From Dehalococcoidia bacterium (GTDB taxonomy: Bacteria > Chloroflexota > Dehalococcoidia > Lucifugimonadales > UBA3495), in NCBI GenBank assembly GCA_030740155.1, contig JASLXV010000012.1, positions 1 to 23,749 on the forward strand: a stretch of DNA of 23,749 nt. The letters run 5' to 3'. The position numbers and the translations under genes were made by a program. Position 1 is the first letter of the stretch, and every line of letters starts with the position of its first letter. A model generated the notes under the pieces. That model was not told the DNA's origin and ran no database searches. It worked only from the letters and a program-made list of their open reading frames with translations. Below, piece after piece: positions 1 through 8,214 of the stretch.

Positions 1-159
1 GGCCGTCAGCGCCGACCGGATGGCTTTGCGTTGGACTTTACTGGAGGGTCTGCACCGGTGGTTGCCGGTTATTATGTTCATGCTAATGTCTATTTATATT
101 CGAGGGCTTATTTAAAGCCCATTGTTCTCTCATCGGCACCCCCCCCAACCCGGTTCCGG

Positions 160-350
160 TTCCAACGGCCCCATCAGGCTCTGGGCTACCGAACGCCAGC
201 CGAGGTGTTCGGCCTGGTTTCGGTGGAACCACCAAGACGACCCACTACGACGGGGTGGTCACCCAGACAAGCAGTGGTAAACTGTGGCGGGACAGCAGGA
301 CTCTCTCTTAACTTAGCCCCGATCCTGTCCAAATGATGGGATCCACCTCA
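160..350 (+). mobile_element. IS3-family remnant: transposase C-terminal tail plus right terminal inverted repeat
   Basis: The frame encodes RPHQALGYRTPAEVF (integrase-core C-terminal motif), then LSLNLAPILSK*. It ends in TGTCCAAATGATGGGATCCACCTCA, which reads TGAGGTGG...TTTGGACA on the minus strand and is typical of IS3 ends. No upstream DDE region is present. Confidence 0.7.
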
Positions 351-425
351 GGAAGGCCCTCCCTCCTGAGGAACCTTGTTGAACGTCGTGGATGCGGCAT
401 CACTGGCTACAGATAAGGAGGGGCG

Positions 426-780
426 ATGATCGATATAGATTTCGATTTACTCGCATCCAAGATCCGCGCTTCTTTCCGACGCATTCTTCCAATAGTGGCT
501 ACAAGATTTCCCGTCTTGCTAGCACGAGTGACTCTCTTCGCTGCGGCGATCTTCATTGGTCTTGTCACAAGCCAAGATGCATACGCAGCAGATTTCGATG
601 CCGCAGCAATAGACATTTGGCTAGAACCATCCACTCCAGAGTATGGGGATACTGCGGACATCAGAGCCCAATTCAAGAATCTCTCGTCTTCGTCAGGTCC
701 CTATGGCGGTGAAGCTACTTTTGACGCTGCCATAGTCGTTGTCCGGCCCAACGGTGCCGACGATCGATACTCCATCGATG
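426..780 (+). pseudogene. Secreted/surface protein N-terminus (signal peptide plus possible Ig/CARDB-like start), interrupted by an element at 781
   Basis: Strong RBS TAAGGAGG before ATG 426, hydrophobic stretch ending AYA|A, then PSTPEYGDTADIRAQFKN. From 781 the ORF reads into repeat sequence that is also present at 1328. Confidence 0.55.
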
Positions 781-1029
781 TGTTGGCAACCAGCACAAAT
801 GGGACAGTTTGGGACCCGAGAGATCAGGGGTGGGGAAGGGCTTGGGTGAACTCCCTGAGGATCAGTAGTGTAGTCTTCACCTCGACGGCCGTGCCCTTGC
901 TGATTTCTGACTGGGACACATCTGCTCCTTTCTGGAAGTAATTTACCTTCACTCCAGGAGCTCACGCCACCGCCCTTCTCTCGGGGTTTCTTGCCCCCCG
1001 ATGTGTCCCATTATCGCTGACGGTCTACA
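781..1029 (-). mobile_element. Internally deleted IS derivative (MITE-like), copy 1
   Basis: Imperfect terminal IRs TGTTGGCAACCAGCACAAATGGGACAG and rc TGTAGACCGTCAGCGATAATGGGACAC. About 80 bp of one end recurs at 1328, and about 117 bp of the other end recurs at 9181-9297. Confidence 0.7.
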
Positions 1030-1238
1030 GTCGGGGGCCGCAAGCCCCAAGTCATCTGCGGTCCCGTGGCCGCGGTTCAGCATGCCATCCCACAGTCAGC
1101 AGATGGCTACCTGTCCGAACCTTATAGGCTATCACAGGACTCCGCTAATGCCGTCGATTCGCCTGTCGTCACACTTTATCCGGGATCCCCCAGGTCAAAC
1201 CGACTTTCCTGGATATAGCTCCCTCTGGGATACCGCCA

Positions 1239-1267
1239 ACTATAATCTCGCATTCCAAGGGCGTCAA
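1239..1267 (-). promoter_or_regulatory. Sigma70-type promoter TTGACG-17-TATAGT with no obvious downstream ORF
   Basis: The minus strand reads TTGACG cccttggaatgcgagat TATAGT. Confidence 0.5.
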
Positions 1268-1327
1268 ATGCGGCCTGATTCACTCGGATTCCCCGCTTTC
1301 ATGGGGCAACCACCGTGCTGCCAAGCG

Positions 1328-1650
1328 TGTTGGCAACCAGCAAAAGTGGGACACATTGGGACCCGAGAGATCAGGGGTGTGGAAGAGCCTGGGCGAACTC
1401 CCTGAGGGTCCGGTTATGAAGTCTGATTGATGCACGTCCCGGGTTGTCCGCCAACGTCCATTTTGTATCTAATAGACCCTTGCTCGTTCCGCCAGCGTCC
1501 GCCGAATTATGCTGATGTGTTTCGGTGTGGCTGTCAAAATGGCTGTCAATGTTCATACCTGGCTCAGATACGGACACCCTGCCACTAACACGGCCTCATT
1601 GCCGACTTGTGTGGCCCCCCGATGTGTCCCGTTATCGCTGACGGCCTACA
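1328..1650 (-). mobile_element. Internally deleted IS derivative (MITE-like), copy 2, with a different internal segment
   Basis: 1328-1407 matches 781-860, and 1614-1650 matches 993-1029. The ends are TGT...ACA. Confidence 0.7.
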
Positions 1651-1744
1651 ATCACACGTGGCGGCATAGAACATGACGACTATCCTCGAATCCGCGCTTC
1701 AGGTAACCTGGAGGCTGGGCCCGCCATCGAGGGGCGGTGCTCGG

Positions 1745-2245
1745 TTACAGCAGGACCAGTTGCCGGACTGGATCGGCCGGCCCGTACTTCGCTCCGCGTT
1801 TGCCAGCCTTGCGTCGTCGCTTTGGAGCCTGGTTCGTGGTGTCGCTCGCGGCTATTTCCGCGCGGGCTTGGCGGGCCAGTTTGAGGTTGAGCCTCCGGTT
1901 GTCGGGGTCTCCGTGCATCGCCACCCTTCGGATCACCTCCTCGGGTCGCGGTTTGGCGCTCGGCGGGAAGGCCCATTTCACCGCGAGCCTATTGTCTCGC
2001 AGGAATCGGTCTTTAAGAAAAGCCAACTCGTCGGGAGCGAGGTCCCCGGCCCAACCGGGCTGGCGCAGCCGCCGGTCACCGCGCGGCCGCCCCTTGAGCT
2101 TGGGCGGCTTGGGCAACCCAAGAGCAGGCTTGGCGATGAGGATTCCAGGGAAACCGATCTGCCGAGGTCCAACGGCGCTTGCCACGCTACTCTCCACACT
2201 TAGACTGCGGCACAGGGCCGGTCCAACAACCCCGAAGGAGGCCAA
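1745..2245 (-). CDS. Hypothetical basic protein (start uncertain)
   Basis: 166-aa ORF with a plausible composition (DELAFLKDRFLRDNRLAVKWAF...) and a K/R-rich tail. No family recognised, and competing ORFs lie on the other strand. Confidence 0.4.
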   Translation of the reverse strand: MASFGVVGPALCRSLSVESSVASAVGPRQIGFPGILIAKPALGLPKPPKLKGRPRGDRRLRQPGWAGDLAPDELAFLKDRFLRDNRLAVKWAFPPSAKPRPEEVIRRVAMHGDPDNRRLNLKLARQARAEIAASDTTNQAPKRRRKAGKRGAKYGPADPVRQLVLL

Positions 2246-2252
2246 TCTCGGT

Positions 2253-2384
2253 CCTTCGACAAGCTCAGGACGAACGGATTGCCCCCGTTAGTACGGACTG
2301 TCCCAGTCGGTACGGATTGCCCCCGGTTCGCGTTGAACTCCGATTCCATCGAGAGTCCCGACGAAGCCGGACCTGTCGAACCAC
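2253..2384. repeat. REP-like repeat CCTTCGACAAGCTCAGGACGAACGG, followed by three 19-bp tandem units and a degenerate inverted partner
   Basis: REP-like unit at 2253-2277. Tandem units at 2272-2290, 2291-2309 and 2310-2328. Partner CCTGTCGAACCACG near 2372. Related copies lie at about 19345 and 23295. Confidence 0.65.
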
Positions 2385-2679
2385 GGAGGCCGGTTATTGG
2401 ACAGGCGCTCAACGGCGTTCAGATGCCGCCATTCTACACAACACATTGTTGGCCCAATCGGGCAAGAATGCAAGGGGTTACAGGGCCTCATCGAAAGAAC
2501 TGGGAGCCCTCCGGCCGGGGATAAGCCACGAGAGCTTTCGAGTCATGTTGACCGGACGGCCGGCCACTAAACCTCTCCCCCGGGTGACGCATGAAACATT
2601 CTTGGAAACCGGTGAACCGGTTTGGGTTGGCGCCGGCCTTCTCAAGAAGGGTGCGGGGTATCTTGGCTGACTGTCGGCC

Positions 2680-3099
2680 CTACTCCTGCCACTTCTTGCC
2701 CAATTCGTCAGGCTTCTTGACCTCGTAGGAGCGGAATATTTCCAGCAGCCGCCCGTCTTCGTCGATGGCGGTGGCCTCGGTCACCAGGTAGGGTTTGCCG
2801 CGCCGCCAGTATTTGTCGGCGATCCGCGCGGTTACCAAGATCTTCTTGCCGGGTATGGGCGCGTTGTAGAACTCCACTTCGGCACGGGCGAGGATTCCGC
2901 CGACCTGGTCGTCATAGGCCATATCGAGAGCCGTGGTGTCGTGCTTGACCCCGATGGTGACGAAAGGCGCGCCGGGGTCCTCCACGGACGCCCGGTAGCT
3001 GTCCACTGTCCTCTGGCTCAGGACGTAATCGTAGGAACCCAGGTCCTCGCCTATCTCGGCCTTTTCGAAATCGAACTCCCTTTTCGGTGAGTCGGCCAT
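2680..3099 (-). CDS. Hotdog-fold / MaoC-like dehydratase family protein
   Basis: ATG 3099 is preceded by GGAGGT. The motif EVEFYNAPIPGKKILVTARIADKYWRRGKPYLVTEATAIDEDG is typical of MaoC-like proteins. Confidence 0.75.
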   Translation of the reverse strand: MADSPKREFDFEKAEIGEDLGSYDYVLSQRTVDSYRASVEDPGAPFVTIGVKHDTTALDMAYDDQVGGILARAEVEFYNAPIPGKKILVTARIADKYWRRGKPYLVTEATAIDEDGRLLEIFRSYEVKKPDELGKKWQE

Positions 3100-3154
3100 G
3101 CGTCTTACACCTCCCTGGTCCATGTACAAACTACCTGTGCCACGCCCCTCAAGG

Positions 3155-3171
3155 GGGGTCAAATTGACCCC
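3155..3171. promoter_or_regulatory. Palindrome GGGGTCAA-A-TTGACCCC, candidate operator
   Basis: Perfect 8-1-8 inverted repeat about 55 bp upstream of ATG 3099. Confidence 0.4.
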
Positions 3172-3267
3172 GGGGCGGAACCGCGGCACTTCGATTCTCA
3201 ACCTTATCCCCGGCGATGGGTCTCCGCGCCGCGCGTTTGAGATGCTTCGCGCAGAAACCGGATGGAT

Positions 3268-4188
3268 CTAACTTCCGAACCGGGCCCCCGGCCGCAGGTC
3301 GATGCTCCCGGTCCATTCCGGCGCGGAGACCTTGCGCCCGCCTTCGGGTTGGACCCTGGCGATGAACACGGTCCCGCCCTTCACGGCCACGGCGAAGCCG
3401 GCGTCGGTGACCTCGGTTACCTCCCCAGGGCTCTTCCCGCTGTCGCCTTCCCGTTTTTCCGCCTTGTAGAACTGAACCGTCTTCCCACCAAGTGTGGTCC
3501 CGGCGCCGGGACTCGGATCACTCCCCCTGATCAGGTTGTAGATCTGGTCGACCGATCCGCTCCAGTCGATAATGACCTCCTGGGCGCCGCACCACCCCTC
3601 ATAGGTGGCCTGGTCCCCGTCTTGCACGATGCAGGGCGCCGTGCCGGCCTTGACCATCGCCACGGCTTCCGCCATCGCCTCGACGCCCATGGGAAAGAGC
3701 CTGCCGAAGTACACGGAACCGAGGGTGTCGTCGGGGCCGATCTCGATCTCTTTCTGAAGGAGCACCTCGCCGGTATCGAGGCCCGCGTCGGGCCAGAAGA
3801 TGGTGAGCCCCGTCTTCGTCTCGCCCTGGATGATGGGCCAGCTGATGGAGCTGGGGCCCCGGTGCTTCGGGAGCAAAGACGGATGGTACTGGATAGTCCC
3901 TTTCGTCGGCGCCGTCAGGATCGCATCGGGTACGATGTCAGTGACGAAGGCCATCACGCACAGGTCGGTGTTCAGGCCTACGAAGGCGTCGATGGCCGGC
4001 TGAGTTCGCATTCGGCGAAACTGAAACGTGGGGATGCCGTGAGTCTCGGCCGCCGCCTTGATCGGGTCCGGGGGCCGTCCCTCTCGGTCGGGGGGGCAGA
4101 ACACCCCGACGATGTCTTCTCCACCCTCGACCAGAGCGTTCAGGACGCTCTCGCCGAAAGCTGCCTGGCCAATCAGGGCAATGCGCAT
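3268..4188 (-). CDS. Fmt-fold formyltransferase, 10-formyltetrahydrofolate hydrolase (FDH-N)-like
   Basis: Motifs MRIALIGQAAFG, YHPSLLPKHRGPSSI and IFWPDAGLDTG, plus a C-terminal Fmt_C-like domain. RBS GGGAGG and extended -10 TGgTATATT at 4245-4253. Confidence 0.88.
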   Translation of the reverse strand: MRIALIGQAAFGESVLNALVEGGEDIVGVFCPPDREGRPPDPIKAAAETHGIPTFQFRRMRTQPAIDAFVGLNTDLCVMAFVTDIVPDAILTAPTKGTIQYHPSLLPKHRGPSSISWPIIQGETKTGLTIFWPDAGLDTGEVLLQKEIEIGPDDTLGSVYFGRLFPMGVEAMAEAVAMVKAGTAPCIVQDGDQATYEGWCGAQEVIIDWSGSVDQIYNLIRGSDPSPGAGTTLGGKTVQFYKAEKREGDSGKSPGEVTEVTDAGFAVAVKGGTVFIARVQPEGGRKVSAPEWTGSIDLRPGARFGS

Positions 4189-4458
4189 AGCGCCAGCCTC
4201 CCTATTTGCAAGTTTTTACCGTTGCCGCCGCTGAGGTCGTCCCGAATATACCACCAGATTGGGCGGGCGGCAACGGGGCATCATAGGTTCCCGCTGGGGG
4301 CCATGGACCGGCTGGGTGTCTGAGGCCAGGGGATGAGGCGTCCGGAGGGTAGACGGTGCTCCGGACCTGTTCTCGCTTCCTCGAAGCCCGGAGGGTGCAG
4401 CGGCCGGATACGAGGGTTGGCACCTGGTCTGGTATTAAGCACTGTAATCGGCTACTAT

Positions 4459-4489
4459 CGATCTCGGGCCAGGCGATCTCGGGCCAGGC
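4459..4489. repeat. Perfect 15-bp tandem duplication CGATCTCGGGCCAGG x2
   Basis: Seen directly, upstream of the permease gene. Confidence 0.8.
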
Positions 4490-4541
4490 AAAGGGCCCGG
4501 CCGGCCCACGGCGATAACCACGAAGAACAGGGAGCCACATT

Positions 4542-5495
4542 TTGCGTCAATATGCGGTGAAAAGGGTCATCCTGTTTCCACCCACGGTCCTTTTGTTGAC
4601 GATTGTCGCCTTCGTTGTGATGCAGGTGATGCCCGGTGACCCTGCACTGGCCATCCTCAGCGAAGGGGATGCAAATTATACCCAGGAAGAGCTGGTGAGG
4701 CTACGCCACAAATTGGGTACCGACCGGCCCGTGGCCGTTCAGTATCTTAGCTGGATTAGTGGGGCGGCGAGGGGAGACTTCGGTGATTCTCTGTGGTTCA
4801 ACGCCCCGGTCATGACGGAACTCAAGTCCCGAGTGCCCCGAACCACCCAACTCGCGCTCATGGCCATAATCCTGGCCAGTTTGTTCGCGGTGCCCTTGGG
4901 GATCATCTCGGCCATCAAGCCGGAGAGTTGGCTCGACTACGGCGCCCGGACTTTCACCCTGGTCGGTATCGGCATTCCCAACTTCCTCGCCGCCGTACTG
5001 ATTATCCTGTTCCTGGTCCGGGTATTTAATTGGCTGCCACCCCTGGGGTACGCCGAACTGTGGGAGGACCCGCTAACCAATCTGCAGCAGATGATCTTTC
5101 CCTCCGTCGCCCTGGCCTTCTACGATATGGCCTTCATCGGCCGGGTAGCACGCTCCTCGATGATGGAGACTCTTCGGGAGGACTACATGAGGACTGCCCG
5201 CGCCAAGGGGCTGTCCGAGCGGGTTGTGCTGGCCCGGCACGGTCTGAAGAACGCCTTGTTGCCCATCCTCACCGTGACCGGGTGGCAATTTGGCCGCCTG
5301 TTCGAAGGCACGGTCATCATTGAGACCATTTTCCTGGTGCCCGGCATGGGCCGGATCTTGATCGAAGCGGTTTTCCACCGGGATTTCACGATGATCCAGG
5401 CCGTCATCGTGATCATTGGCGTGGCTATCCTGACCATCAATCTGCTGGTCGACCTCATGTACGGCTGGCTCGACCCCAGGATCCGCTACTCATGA
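4542..5495 (+). CDS. Peptide/nickel ABC transporter permease (DppB/OppB family)
   Basis: Motifs MPGDPA, GDFGDS, the EAA loop EDYMRTARAKGL and C-terminal LDPRIRY. TTG start after GGGAG. Confidence 0.92.
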   Translation: MRQYAVKRVILFPPTVLLLTIVAFVVMQVMPGDPALAILSEGDANYTQEELVRLRHKLGTDRPVAVQYLSWISGAARGDFGDSLWFNAPVMTELKSRVPRTTQLALMAIILASLFAVPLGIISAIKPESWLDYGARTFTLVGIGIPNFLAAVLIILFLVRVFNWLPPLGYAELWEDPLTNLQQMIFPSVALAFYDMAFIGRVARSSMMETLREDYMRTARAKGLSERVVLARHGLKNALLPILTVTGWQFGRLFEGTVIIETIFLVPGMGRILIEAVFHRDFTMIQAVIVIIGVAILTINLLVDLMYGWLDPRIRYS

Positions 5496-5758
5496 CAGCC
5501 GCGGCCGGGGTGAACCGGGGGCTTCGACCGCGCGGTGCGCCACGGCCCCATTAGATTTGGGTCTGACCCCCACGGTTGAACTGTGGTACATAGCTTGACA
5601 AAGTATTATCATGGTTAACATCAGAGGACGGATTAAGCAGCGTCCGGCCTGATTCTCAAGCAGCACGGGTGGTGTTCAATCGGTTGACGCCTCGCTGTGG
5701 GTCAGCCCCTTCCGCAATCGTCAAGCTTCTACATCCCGCTCGAATAAGGATTAGCCAC

Positions 5759-7045
5759 ATGACCAAGGAGGCAAAACGCCTCGGCATACTGGTGGGGGGC
5801 GGTCCGGCGCCGGGTATCAACAGCGCCATCGGCGCCGCTACTATCGAGGCGGTCAATTCCGGCCTCGAAGTTATTGGAATCCTTGACGGCTTCGAGCACC
5901 TGGCCGCTGGGCGGACCGACATGGTCGAGCGTCTGGTGATCAGCGCCGTGTCCCGCATTCACACCTCGGGCGGTTCCATCCTGCGCACCTCGCGGACCAA
6001 TCCCACCCGTAACCCGCAGGATCTCTGGCGGGCGCTTCAGGCTCTCCAGGACATGGGCATCAAATACCTGGTAACCATCGGTGGCGACGATACCGCCTTC
6101 GGCGCCGCGGAACTGGCCAGGGCCGCCCAGGGGGGCCTATGCGTGGCCCACGTGCCCAAGACGATCGACAATGACTTGCCGCTGCCCGGCGGCATGCCGA
6201 CTTTCGGCTTCGAGACCGCGCGGCACGTGGGTACCGAGGTAGTGCTGAGCCTGATGGAGGATTCCCGTACCACCAACCGCTGGTTCTTCGTGGTGGTGAT
6301 GGGGAGGGAAGCGGGCCACCTGGCCCTGGGGATCGGCAAGGCTGCTGGGGCGTCACTGGCCCTCATACCCGAGGAGTTTCCCCAAGAGCGCATCGGCCTG
6401 GACCTGGTTTGCAAGGTGCTGGAAGGGGCCATGCTCAAGCGCCGGGCAATGGGGCAGAAATACGGACTGGCGGTGATCGCGGAAGGGATCGCTGAAAAGC
6501 TGGACCCGGAAGAGTTGGCCCAAATTCCCGGAGTGGTCATCGAGCACGACTCCTATGGCCATCCCAACCTGAGCGAAATCCCCCTGGCGACGATCCTCCG
6601 GCGGGCGGTGCGGCAACGCTTTGCCGACCGTGGGGAGCGCTTGTCGATGGTGGAGGTGACCCTGGGCTACAACTTGCGGTGCGCCCCGCCTATTCCGTTT
6701 GACATCGACTACACCCGAACCCTGGGCTACGGCGCCGTCCGGTTCCTGCTGTCGGAACCAAAGGACGAAGAGCAACGCGATGGGGGTCTGATCTGCCTGC
6801 AAGACGGACACCTTCGGGTTGTCCCCTTTCAGGACCTGCGCGACCCTGAAACCGGCCGCACCCGGGTCCGCAAAGTGGACGTCGAATCGGAGCACTATGC
6901 CGTGGCTCGCAAGTACATGATCCGCTTGGAGCGCCGGGACCTGGAAAACCCTGAAATGCTCGGCAAGCTAGCGGGAGCCGCCAGCATATCCCCCGAGGCT
7001 TTCAGCCGGACCTTTGGGCCGGCGGCCGGTCTGCTACCCCCATAA
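5759..7045 (+). CDS. pfp: 6-phosphofructokinase family, probably pyrophosphate-dependent
   Basis: Motifs GGGPAPGIN, GGDD, PKTIDND, MGR and LGYNLRC. GGDD together with the Lys of PKTIDND is the established PPi-type signature. ATG 5759 follows AAGGA. Confidence 0.9.
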   Translation: MTKEAKRLGILVGGGPAPGINSAIGAATIEAVNSGLEVIGILDGFEHLAAGRTDMVERLVISAVSRIHTSGGSILRTSRTNPTRNPQDLWRALQALQDMGIKYLVTIGGDDTAFGAAELARAAQGGLCVAHVPKTIDNDLPLPGGMPTFGFETARHVGTEVVLSLMEDSRTTNRWFFVVVMGREAGHLALGIGKAAGASLALIPEEFPQERIGLDLVCKVLEGAMLKRRAMGQKYGLAVIAEGIAEKLDPEELAQIPGVVIEHDSYGHPNLSEIPLATILRRAVRQRFADRGERLSMVEVTLGYNLRCAPPIPFDIDYTRTLGYGAVRFLLSEPKDEEQRDGGLICLQDGHLRVVPFQDLRDPETGRTRVRKVDVESEHYAVARKYMIRLERRDLENPEMLGKLAGAASISPEAFSRTFGPAAGLLPP

Positions 7046-7318
7046 GCCGTTCCCCAAACATGATTGCCCCGAAGATTTGACGGGCCTGCCCCAAGAGCTG
7101 CGTTCAGCATCCCGCTTGCGAGGCCCCATGAAGTTGAGATTGGGCTGAGTTATCCCACCTTTGCCGGGGGGACTAGGGAGCCTGCTCTCCAGCATCCGGC
7201 CTGCGTTGGACGGGGGTGCTGTCCGGAGTTCCTCCCAGGGTGTGGGAGTCGGGAATGAGCCGAGATGCCGACGGGCCAGCCGGGCGCCGGAGGCTGAAGA
7301 TGCCAACGAGGTGAGAGA

Positions 7319-8107
7319 ATGCCCGTTTCCGGTAAAGTAGTCATCGTAACCGGCGCCAGCCGGGGGATCGGCAAGGCCGCCGCCGTGGGCTTGGCCCGCG
7401 AGGGCGCCAAGGTCGTCGTGGCCGCCCGCTCGGAGACCGAGCGCCCCGGTCTGCCCGGCACCATCCACGCCACCGTCGCGGAGATCGAGAGCTTCGGAGG
7501 CACCGCGCTGGCCGTCCGCTGCAACCTGCGAGAGGAAGCGGACATCACCGCCATGGTGCGGCAGACCATGGGCGCCTTTGGCCGCGTTGACGTGCTGGTG
7601 AACAACGCCGGCGTGGGCAACTACAAGTCCTTCCTGAAAACCAGCCTCAAAGAGTGGGACCTGGTTGTGGACATCGACCTGCGGGCCCCCTTCATCTGCT
7701 GCAAAGCGGTGGCGCCCATAATGGTCGATCAAGGAGGGGGCAGCATCATCAACGTGTCGTCCCAGGCCGCCAACAACATCTTTTCCTCCACCCGGGGGAT
7801 GGAGCCCGGCGTCCGCATCGAGATGATGGGCCAGGTCTATGGGACCGTCAAGGCGGGTCTGGAGCGGTTCACCTGGGGGCTGGCCACCGAGTTGGGGCGG
7901 TACAATATCGCGGTCAACGCGCTGAAGCCGATGCGGCCGGTGGTCACCGAGGGGTTTCTGGCCCAACGCCCCGACGCTGACTACTCCAGTTGGGTCACCC
8001 CGGAAGCCATGACCAAGGCGATCATTTTCCTCTCCCAGCAGGACGCCAACGGCCTCACTGGGACCAATGTCACCGACGAGGAGTTGGTCAAGAGGCACCG
8101 GCTGTAG
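7319..8107 (+). CDS. Short-chain dehydrogenase/reductase (SDR)
   Basis: Motifs TGASRGIG, NNAG, catalytic Ser (NVSS) and YGTVK. RBS GAGGTG. Confidence 0.93.
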   Translation: MPVSGKVVIVTGASRGIGKAAAVGLAREGAKVVVAARSETERPGLPGTIHATVAEIESFGGTALAVRCNLREEADITAMVRQTMGAFGRVDVLVNNAGVGNYKSFLKTSLKEWDLVVDIDLRAPFICCKAVAPIMVDQGGGSIINVSSQAANNIFSSTRGMEPGVRIEMMGQVYGTVKAGLERFTWGLATELGRYNIAVNALKPMRPVVTEGFLAQRPDADYSSWVTPEAMTKAIIFLSQQDANGLTGTNVTDEELVKRHRL

Positions 8108-8135
8108 TAAAAGAAGTCGCCGCGGATTGCACCGC

Positions 8136-8153
8136 ACGTCTGAATCCAGACGT
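8136..8153. terminator. Hairpin between convergent genes, possible terminator
   Basis: ACGTCTG-aatc-CAGACGT stem-loop. There is no adjacent long U-tract. Confidence 0.3.
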
Positions 8154-8214
8154 CCGCGCCCTCCGCGTTTTAGCAACAGGGACTGTAGAAGCCGATGTGC
8201 TCGGGGTGGCCCGG

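Noticed and set aside
1..120. Possible minus-strand gene start at 81, GGGCTT-N5-AAGCCC palindrome at 104-120, and GGCCGTCAGCG at base 1 resembling the element end
   Set aside because: All are too short and cut by the window edge. The match to the element end is only 11 bp and then diverges.
781..1650. CRISPR array or integron cassette array
   Set aside because: There are only two units, with long unequal interiors and terminal inverted repeats. No regular repeat-spacer period, attC structure, cas or intI gene is present.
3262..4323. Long antisense/shadow ORFs (also 7034-8518, 12773-13819, 15563-16645, 17067-18098, 21656-22507)
   Set aside because: They overlap well-supported genes and are an expected by-product of high-GC codon bias. 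They carry no recognisable motifs.
5595..5621. Canonical promoter TTGACA...TAACAT for pfp
   Set aside because: The spacer is only 15 nt, so it is not listed as a feature despite the perfect -35.
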